Shown in pieces: positions 56,906 through 64,000 of a DNA stretch of 64,000 bases; position 1 is the stretch's first letter, and each line of letters opens with the position of its first letter. Source of the DNA: Rhodospirillales bacterium (GTDB taxonomy: Bacteria; Pseudomonadota; Alphaproteobacteria; Bin95). The stretch spans positions 2,688,894 through 2,752,893 of the forward strand of contig JAYQLI010000035.1 of assembly GCA_038143065.1 (NCBI GenBank), given 5' to 3'. The translations under genes were made by a program, and so were the position numbers. Under the pieces are notes generated by a model. The model saw nothing but the letters and a program-made list of their open reading frames with translations. It had not been told where the DNA came from and searched no databases.

Positions 56906-57532
56906 TCCATGTTCAATGGGGGGAAGAAATTCAATGACAACAGTACCTCTCTTCTTACTGAAAGAGTTTCGGCCCCAAAAGACTCCAGAATTGAGAGCAA
57001 CTGGTATGATACTGTGCTCGAGGCCTCTGTACATTGCTGCTGCCCCTGGAAGATAAGCTGGAGCGGCACCTGGTGCTTTACGAGTGCCCTCTGGAAAGAT
57101 AATCACGGAACGTGAATTTTGTAATGCGAGCCGCGTTTTTGTTAGCATTCGCCTAATGGCTAATGCTCCTGAAGTACGGTCTATAGCAACCATGCCTGCG
57201 CGCCATAGAAATGGTCCCAATGGCGGAAGAAACAGAAGCGAACGTTTCATTATAAAAGTGGGTTGGTCTAAAATCACAGCAAAGGCAATTGTTTCCCATG
57301 CAGACTGATGTTTTGCCGCAATAATAGTAGCTTGTGTTGGGACCTTTCCTCTCACTTCGTATTCTAGGCCAACAATGTGTTTCAACATTTTTAGGGAAAT
57401 TTTTCCCCAAAGACGGCCAAAAGCATTCACCCACTTTTGTCTAATCAGTAAGAGTGGAAGGCCAAAAGTACCCAATGCAACTGTCATTAATATGAATAGA
57501 AAATTAAAAAGGATTGAACGGATTAGAGTCAT
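56822..57532 (-). CDS. plsC: 1-acyl-sn-glycerol-3-phosphate acyltransferase
   Basis: KHQSAWET (HX4E variant), IDR, IFPEGTR, PVALNSG. Confidence 0.9.
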   Translation of the reverse strand: MTLIRSILFNFLFILMTVALGTFGLPLLLIRQKWVNAFGRLWGKISLKMLKHIVGLEYEVRGKVPTQATIIAAKHQSAWETIAFAVILDQPTFIMKRSLLFLPPLGPFLWRAGMVAIDRTSGALAIRRMLTKTRLALQNSRSVIIFPEGTRKAPGAAPAYLPGAAAMYRGLEHSIIPVALNSGVFWGRNSFSKKRGTVVIEFLPPIEHGLDRRTFMRRLEHQIETATHRLIDEAKK

Positions 57533-57838
57533 TTTCAGTAGTCAATTCGTTTTCGTGCATTCTGCAAATATCAAGTTTGTAGCGTTGGTATAAACTTCTC
57601 TCGATGAATGTCTTAAAAATTATTTTGTTTATCAGATTAATCGAATCCAAATTCACCTAGCTATTCAAGTTGCAGTTACGTTTTTGAGTTAAGCCGCTAT
57701 ATTTGAAGAAATAACAGTGGGATTGCGTCGTGGCAGGCGGAGCATCGCGTTGTGACGAAGAATCATTTACATAACTATAAAACATCTTCAGGCGGGAATG
57801 TGTTTTTCTGACCTAGTTATTTGACTTAATGGAAATCG

Positions 57839-58576
57839 ATGCTGCTCGTTTGCCCAAATTGTGATGCGCGATATCTGGCTCCTGATCATGAAATCGGGCC
57901 AAATGGTCGGCGGGTTCGTTGTGCCCGTTGTGCTTTTGTTTGGCGCGCTCAGTTATCCTCCCCAGTTAAGGTAGATAAACAAGAAAGTTCATCAACTTTT
58001 GACAAGACAACTCAACATGAAGACGTGCAAGGTGCAAAGTCAGAGGAGCGTTTTTTTACAGATGTTTCTGGGAAAGTAGAGCCTTTACCACCTTCTCGTG
58101 TACCCGCGCTTCGAAATACAAAAAGGCCTAGGAGATATTGGCCTGCTTATTTTCTTGCTGGCGCGATAGGTTTTGCCGTAGTTCCAAATTTAACACTCTT
58201 TCATGAGCAGCTTTCGTTGGCGTGGTCTGAAACCATCAAGTTAATTCAAACGGGCTCGAATGTCGGGGATGAGAATAATGCCGGGCAGCAGGACGGTAAT
58301 TTTGAAGTCAGGGATTTGAAAAACGAATGGGTGAATAAAGAAACAGGACTTCAATTGGTCATCCGCGGGATAGTAGCTAACAAGTCTGGTACAAAACAAC
58401 CAGGACAGTTTTTGCGCATTCGTCTATTTGATAGTGGAGATAATAAAGTACGTGATAGGCGTGAAGAAGTACTTGGAGGAAGTTATAGTCCAGGTGAAAG
58501 AAGACCGTTCACTATAATTTTTGAAGATCCGGGTGATGTTGCAAGGGCTCTTCCAACAGTCGAGGCTGCCAATTAA
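57839..58576 (+). CDS. MJ0042-type zinc-ribbon membrane protein (DUF3426-like)
   Basis: CPNC...VRCARC...W N-terminus, linker, one TM segment, C-terminal G.V.N...PGE..PF domain. Confidence 0.82.
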   Translation: MLLVCPNCDARYLAPDHEIGPNGRRVRCARCAFVWRAQLSSPVKVDKQESSSTFDKTTQHEDVQGAKSEERFFTDVSGKVEPLPPSRVPALRNTKRPRRYWPAYFLAGAIGFAVVPNLTLFHEQLSLAWSETIKLIQTGSNVGDENNAGQQDGNFEVRDLKNEWVNKETGLQLVIRGIVANKSGTKQPGQFLRIRLFDSGDNKVRDRREEVLGGSYSPGERRPFTIIFEDPGDVARALPTVEAAN

Positions 58577-58652
58577 ATAGGATTAAAAGGACTAAAAAAT
58601 TTTCTTTTTTCATCACAAGGGTTTTGCATAACTTTATGCCGCTGATCTGAAT

Positions 58653-59090
58653 TCAATTTAGAAGTTCAGCCATCGCATCAATCGCCACCCGATATCCAGC
58701 TACTCCTAAACCAGCAATGATTCCAGTGGCTGCTAGTGACACATACGATTGATGTCTAAAGCGTTCTCGTGTGTGAGGATTAGATATATGCAATTCTATT
58801 ACTGGACCTTTGACCATTTTTAATGCGTCTAGAATTGCTACAGAAGTGTGCGTGTATGCGGCTGGATTTATGATGATGCCATCAAATTTTTCGATCGCCT
58901 CTTGTATCCAACTCACAAGTTCCCCTTCGGAATTTGACTGTCGGAAATCAATTGCCAGACCGCGCATTGCGGCCTGTGCTTCTGATATCTTTTTTACTTC
59001 AGCTAGCGTGGTTGCCCCATAAATTTCTGGCTCACGGACGCCCAGCATGTTCAGATTGGGGCCATTTAAAAACAAGATTGTCTTTGACAT
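58653..59090 (-). CDS. aroQ: Type II 3-dehydroquinate dehydratase
   Basis: NGPNLNMLG.REP.IYG, INPAAYTHTS, ELHISN. Confidence 0.97.
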   Translation of the reverse strand: MSKTILFLNGPNLNMLGVREPEIYGATTLAEVKKISEAQAAMRGLAIDFRQSNSEGELVSWIQEAIEKFDGIIINPAAYTHTSVAILDALKMVKGPVIELHISNPHTRERFRHQSYVSLAATGIIAGLGVAGYRVAIDAMAELLN

Positions 59091-59314
59091 CTAAAAAATT
59101 CCCCTGATCTTCATTTAATACCCGGTTAAGCCTAATGCATAAAAGATGCAAGATTTTTAGGGCCGTCTTGACCGAAGTAATTTTTGCCTAAACTGGAATA
59201 CATTAGAGTGAGTGTAAGAACTAAGATGGATATTATTTTGAAAAAAAAGGTTCTGACTCGTACATCCCCCGATCGGTAGATTAATAGGTGGGATTGAAAA
59301 ATTGGGGGGTTCAA

Positions 59315-60139
59315 ATGTCAGCTATTTACGAGGTTGAGGTGCAAGATGTCGTATATTTACAAGTTGATGGATTGGAACTTCTTGCCAGAATCTATCGTCC
59401 GCTTGGAGTAGGACCTTTTAAGGGTGTCGTCGAGGTTCATGGTGGAGCATGGACTGCAAATGACAGGCTAACCAATAAAGATATTCATATGCCGTTGGCA
59501 GCAAGTGGGGTTGTTGTAATGGCTATCGATTTTCGAATGCCCCCTTTCAAAGGCTATCCCGCATCTGTTCAAGATGTGAATCTAGCTATCCGTTGGCTGA
59601 AATCGAAGGCAGATGATTTTCAAATCGATAAAGCTAGGATTGGTATCCTTGGGACATCAAGCGGTGGTCATCAGGCCATGCTTTGCGCCCTTCGTCCAAC
59701 AAATGCCGAATATAATCAACACATTCTGCATGGTGGGTATGATGCGATGGTAAATTTTGCGGTTTTGTGTTGGCCCGTATTGGATCCCTTGGCGCGTTAC
59801 AGAATGGTCATGTCAAATGGGAACGAAAGACTTTTTCTTGCTCATAAGGCCTTTTGGCCTGACGAAAAAGCTATGGCCGATGGTAACCCTCAACTAATTG
59901 TTGAGCGTGGGAAGCCAATTGATTGTCCACCCGTCCTAGTTATTCAAGGCACTAATGACGATAATCTTACACCGGATATGGCAGATAGATTTGCTTCAGC
60001 GTACAAGGTTGCGGGTGGAAAAATTCAACTCAAAAAATTTCAAGGAGCACCCCACGCTTTTATAGCTAGGGACCCCAACTCCGAGCATGCAAAAGAAGCC
60101 ATCGGAGTTATTGTTGAGTTTGTTAAAGAGGTGGAATGA
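59315..60139 (+). CDS. Alpha/beta hydrolase (HSL-like esterase)
   Basis: HGGAW, GTSSGG nucleophile elbow, QG..D, PHAF. Confidence 0.9.
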   Translation: MSAIYEVEVQDVVYLQVDGLELLARIYRPLGVGPFKGVVEVHGGAWTANDRLTNKDIHMPLAASGVVVMAIDFRMPPFKGYPASVQDVNLAIRWLKSKADDFQIDKARIGILGTSSGGHQAMLCALRPTNAEYNQHILHGGYDAMVNFAVLCWPVLDPLARYRMVMSNGNERLFLAHKAFWPDEKAMADGNPQLIVERGKPIDCPPVLVIQGTNDDNLTPDMADRFASAYKVAGGKIQLKKFQGAPHAFIARDPNSEHAKEAIGVIVEFVKEVE

Positions 60140-60178
60140 ATTTTAATTTCTGTCTGCATAGGCAGTTTGCAAATTAGC

Positions 60179-60925
60179 TTAAGCTGCCGGTCGACTGGCA
60201 GCTAACATGTAATTCATTGAAAGGTCCGTGCTTCTTCTCCATTCGTCTGTAAGAAGATCATAGGATATGCCTTCAGGTTTTTTGACAATAAGACCAGCTT
60301 CGCGCAGAGGGCGAGCTAATTCAGATGGCTTTAGGAACTTTCGCCAATCATGAGTTCCGCGTGGCAGCCAGCCTACAACATATTCTGCAGCAAATTTTGC
60401 TAAGACCAATGCCTTTGGAGTTCTGTTGATCGTTGCAGCTACAAGTAAGCCGCCGGGGCGTGTAAGGTTTGCCAATGCTCGTAAAAATGCTCCAGGGTCG
60501 GGCACATGTTCCACTACTTCCAAGGATACCACCAGGTCAAAGTTTGCACCCCTCGACGCTAAATTCTCCGCAGTATCCATTTGGTAGTCTATTTCAAGGC
60601 CCGATATCTCGGCATGAGTTTTTGCCGCTTCAATATTATTGTCTGTGACGTCGATGCCCACGGTCTTAGCGCCCAGGCGCGCAAGAGGTTCTGTTATCAA
60701 GCCTCCTCCGCAGCCAACATCTATTGCAGATAGTCCTTTGAGTTGGCTTAACCCTCTAGGCCTTGAGAAATGCTCTGACACCATGTCTGCGATGAAGCCC
60801 ATGCGCGCCGGACCAAGTCGGTGCAGTGGCTGAAAGGCACCATTTGGATCCCACCACTGATCAGCTAATGCTGCAAATTGAGCAGCCTCGCGAGGGTCGA
60901 TGTTTTCTGCGGCGATTACGCTCAT
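60179..60925 (-). CDS. ubiG: Ubiquinone biosynthesis O-methyltransferase
   Basis: WWDPNG.F.PLH, DVGCGGG, EVVEHV, PRGTHDW.KF. Confidence 0.96.
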   Translation of the reverse strand: MSVIAAENIDPREAAQFAALADQWWDPNGAFQPLHRLGPARMGFIADMVSEHFSRPRGLSQLKGLSAIDVGCGGGLITEPLARLGAKTVGIDVTDNNIEAAKTHAEISGLEIDYQMDTAENLASRGANFDLVVSLEVVEHVPDPGAFLRALANLTRPGGLLVAATINRTPKALVLAKFAAEYVVGWLPRGTHDWRKFLKPSELARPLREAGLIVKKPEGISYDLLTDEWRRSTDLSMNYMLAASRPAA

Positions 60926-61060
60926 CCGATAATCACTCCTCTAACGTGGCTTGCCGGTGGGCTTACTCGTCAATATGTTGCGGAAAATTTTGTAGGCAAT
61001 AATTATAAGTATATCTCGCCAGTTTCAATTAGTTGTTTAGAGCTTAAGGGATTTTCCACA

Positions 61061-62281
61061 GTGGCGCGTATCGTCCAAAAATTTGGCGGCACTTCTGTTG
61101 CTAACCTTGATTGCATTCGAAATGTTGCAGTTCGAGTTAAGGCCGCACGTGATGCTGGTAATCAAGTGGCAGTAGTGGTGTCAGCTATGGCCGGCGAAAC
61201 AAATAAGCTTGTTGACCTTGTTAAGCAGGCCTCGGCACTGCACGACTCCGCTGAGTATGACGCAATAGTAGCTACAGGGGAGCAAGTCACAGCAGGACTC
61301 CTTTCTATAGTTCTTCAATCCATGGGAGTGACCGCTAGGTCATTTCTTGGTTGGCAGCTACCCATTAAAACCGATGGGATCCACGGTCGCGCTCGCATTG
61401 ATGATATTGATGGCAGTCAAGCAGTATCTCTAATGGAGAAAGGCCATGTGGTTGTCATCGCTGGTTTTCAGGGATTGAGCCCCGATAAGAGAGTGACAAC
61501 TTTGGGGCGAGGTGGGTCTGATACAACTGCAGTGGCCCTCGCAGCAGCGTTTAAGGCGGATCGCTGCGAAATCTATACGGATGTTGATGGTGTTTATACT
61601 TGCGATCCAAGGATTGTGCCCAAAGCGCGAAAAATCGACCGCATTACCTACGAGGAAATGCTGGAGATGGCCTCTCAGGGTGCCAAGGTTCTGCAGACAC
61701 GTTCTGTTGAAATGGCTATGAACTTTAACGTGCCTGTTACCGTTCTTTCTAGTTTTGAGGATAAGCCAGGCACAATAGTTGCGGCGGAGAATGAGAATAT
61801 GGAGCAAGAAGTCGTCACCGGAATAGCCTATGACAAAAATGAGGCAAAAATCACTTTATCGAGTGTGGATGACCGTCCTGGCGTGGCTGCAGCTATTTTT
61901 GGACCTCTCACAGAGGCAGAAATTAATGTGGATATGATCGTTCAGAATGTATCTGCAGATGGTAAAACTACCGACATGACCTTCACAGTTTCCGAGGCAG
62001 ATTTTGATCGTACAATTGATCACCTTGATCGCCATAAAAGCGAAATAGGGTTTAAACAAATTTTGGCAGACCGAAACGTGGCAAAGATTTCGGTTGTTGG
62101 TGTAGGAATGAGAAGCCACGCGGGTGTAGCTCAGCGGATGTTTAAAGCTCTTGCAGATAAAGGTGTGAACATTCAGGTGATTTCGACGTCCGAAATAAAA
62201 GTTAGTGTATTGATTTCACAAGATTATTTGGAACTTGCCCTTCGGGCGCTTCATACTGCTTATGGTCTCGACGCAGAGTGA
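61061..62281 (+). CDS. lysC: Aspartate kinase
   Basis: GTG start, QKFGGTSV, VVSAM, TLGRGGSD, TDVDG, two ACT domains ending TSEIK. Confidence 0.97.
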   Translation: MARIVQKFGGTSVANLDCIRNVAVRVKAARDAGNQVAVVVSAMAGETNKLVDLVKQASALHDSAEYDAIVATGEQVTAGLLSIVLQSMGVTARSFLGWQLPIKTDGIHGRARIDDIDGSQAVSLMEKGHVVVIAGFQGLSPDKRVTTLGRGGSDTTAVALAAAFKADRCEIYTDVDGVYTCDPRIVPKARKIDRITYEEMLEMASQGAKVLQTRSVEMAMNFNVPVTVLSSFEDKPGTIVAAENENMEQEVVTGIAYDKNEAKITLSSVDDRPGVAAAIFGPLTEAEINVDMIVQNVSADGKTTDMTFTVSEADFDRTIDHLDRHKSEIGFKQILADRNVAKISVVGVGMRSHAGVAQRMFKALADKGVNIQVISTSEIKVSVLISQDYLELALRALHTAYGLDAE

Positions 62282-62286
62282 GATGA

Positions 62287-63303
62287 ATGGATAAATTAGC
62301 TGCCCAAGAGCAAATAAAACACCTCTCGTCCCGAGGTAGGGAATTGTTAGGCGTAGAACATTCAATTTTGGGTGGCGCTATGACTTGGGTATCTGAGCGT
62401 AACCTGGTTGCAGCAATATCTAATGCTGGGGGCTTTGGTGTAATCGCATGTGGTTCTATGACCACGGAACTTCTTCGCGCCGAAATAAGAGCTACAAAGG
62501 CGCTCACGTCTAAGTCGTTTGGCGTTAATTTGATAGTTATGCATCCAGACTTAATGGACCTGGTTGAGGTTTGTGGAGAGGAACAGGTTGGTTGCATTGT
62601 GCTGGCAGGTGGGATTCCGCCGCGCGCGGTTATGCGGCGGGTCAAAGAATTGGGGGCAACCTTGATTGGCTTTGCGCCAGCCTTGGGAATTGCAAGGAAA
62701 CTTGTCCGTGATGGGGCTGATGGGCTGATAATTGAAGGAACTGAGGCGGGAGGTCACATTGGGCCCGTAGCTACCTCTGTTTTAGCTCAAGAAATCCTCC
62801 CAAATATCCCCGAAGTGCCTGTCTTCGTGGCCGGTGGAATTGGTCGCGGTGAGGCAATTCTATCATACTTGGAAATGGGTGCAGCAGGTTGTCAGCTTGG
62901 TACGCGTTTCGTTTGTTCGGAAGAGTCGATTGCTCACGCAAATTTCAAGAAAGCCTTTCTAAAGGGAGCTGCTCGTGACGCAATGGCTAGCGTCCAGGTT
63001 GACCCGCGGTTCCCTGTAATCCCAGTACGTGCTCTTCAGAATGAAGCGCAAAAGCGTTTTATTGAGACTCAACATTCGGTGATTGAAAGATGGCGATCCG
63101 GAGAGATTGACCAGAAGTCAGCTCAACTGGAGATCGAGCATTTTTGGGCAGGTGCGCTGCGTCGAGCCGTAATTGATGGTGATGTTGAGGGAGGCTCGTT
63201 GATGGCGGGACAGAGTGTGGGAATGGTCAATGCTGTGCAGCCAGCTGCTTCCATCATTGCTGAGTTGCTTGATCAAGCAGAGGAAGCGCTGATAAAGCGT
63301 TGA
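62287..63303 (+). CDS. Nitronate monooxygenase/FabK-like FMN oxidoreductase
   Basis: GGAMTWVS, EG.EAGGHIG, AGGI, QLGTRF, GSLMAGQSVG. Confidence 0.88.
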   Translation: MDKLAAQEQIKHLSSRGRELLGVEHSILGGAMTWVSERNLVAAISNAGGFGVIACGSMTTELLRAEIRATKALTSKSFGVNLIVMHPDLMDLVEVCGEEQVGCIVLAGGIPPRAVMRRVKELGATLIGFAPALGIARKLVRDGADGLIIEGTEAGGHIGPVATSVLAQEILPNIPEVPVFVAGGIGRGEAILSYLEMGAAGCQLGTRFVCSEESIAHANFKKAFLKGAARDAMASVQVDPRFPVIPVRALQNEAQKRFIETQHSVIERWRSGEIDQKSAQLEIEHFWAGALRRAVIDGDVEGGSLMAGQSVGMVNAVQPAASIIAELLDQAEEALIKR

Positions 63304-63331
63304 GAAAATTTAGCTTAATGGGATAACAAAC

Positions 63332-64000
63332 TTGGAACCAGCAGCCCTTAAGGCAAATCCTAGCGGATGGCGTCAAATGCTCAGGGCTGTTCGTGATGCG
63401 GTTTCACAATCAGAATCTGCGCCGCTTCGTCTAACCAAGGTTGTTAATGTTATTGCAAAAGCTCTGAAAGCGGATGTTTGCTCGCTGTATCTTAAGCAGC
63501 GAGATGGTGTGATGGCCTTGGCAGCTACCCACGGGCTGAGAGCCGAGGCTGTGTTCAATACCCGATTGGCTCCAGGTGAGGGGCTTGTAGGTTTGGCAGC
63601 GGCTGCAACTGGTCCTGTTTCAATTCAAGATGTTCAAAATCACCCTGCTTTCGCTTATAGACCAGAGACTGGAGAGGATGCTTACAGTACATTTTTAGGA
63701 GCTCCTCTACTCCGCGGAGGTGCCGTTGGAGGGGTCCTTGTAATACAACATGTAACTGACCGCATTTATGAAGATGACGACCTTGAAGCGGTAGCCATTG
63801 TTGCGGCCTTAATGGCTGAAGTAGCGGCAGATCCTGAGTTGACGGCCTTTGTTGCTAATGATGAAAGTGCGCCAGCTGCGCGAATAGCAGGCACCAGGAT
63901 ATCTTCTGGTCTTTCTATAGGGGTTGCAGCAATGAGGGACCCCCATTACCTATCCAGCGAATGATTGTGGACGATATTCCCACTGAAATTCAGCGTTTGG
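63332..64000 (+). CDS. ptsP: PEP-protein phosphotransferase EI(Ntr), 5' part; frameshift near 63950; runs off the window
   Basis: N-terminal GAF domain (VCSLY, ATHGL, GEGLVG, HPAFAYRPETGE); usual position after lysC. Confidence 0.9.

Noticed and set aside
59115-59129. CtrA-like box TTAA-N7-TTAA upstream of aroQ
   Set aside because: An 8-base AT-only pattern is expected once or twice by chance in 64 kb, and aroQ is not a typical cell-cycle target.

Overview
A 64-kb chromosomal segment of an alphaproteobacterium; gene order (ffs-dnaX-ybaB-recR, J-domain-cobS-cobT, carA-carB-greA divergent from yqeY-dnaG-rpoD, ubiG divergent from lysC-flavin oxidoreductase-ptsP) suggests a Rhodospirillales-like lineage (inference). 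Core genes are interspersed with many stand-alone catabolic or detoxification genes: six family-III (CaiB/BaiF) CoA-transferases, four of them in one coupled operon; an E1-only ThDP dehydrogenase pair; a TRAP permease pair without a binding protein; a Mo-bisPGD oxidoreductase; a thiolase; an IlvD/Edd dehydratase; two GSTs; two DMT exporters; and an orphan nitrile-hydratase-beta-like protein. RNA genes are tRNA-Ala(CGC) and the SRP RNA. About 20 single-base frameshifts, many in or beside homopolymers and one in the essential rpoD, point to uncorrected long-read indel errors, so split ORFs are reported as whole genes. I saw no mobile element, prophage, CRISPR array or defence system. The best candidates for undescribed biology are the four-paralog CoA-transferase operon with one member lacking the catalytic Asp, the bpt/ate-hypothetical-GST operon, a probable metallophosphoesterase-HAD fusion, the divergent orphan E1 pair, and the apparent absence of ftsEX from its usual locus.
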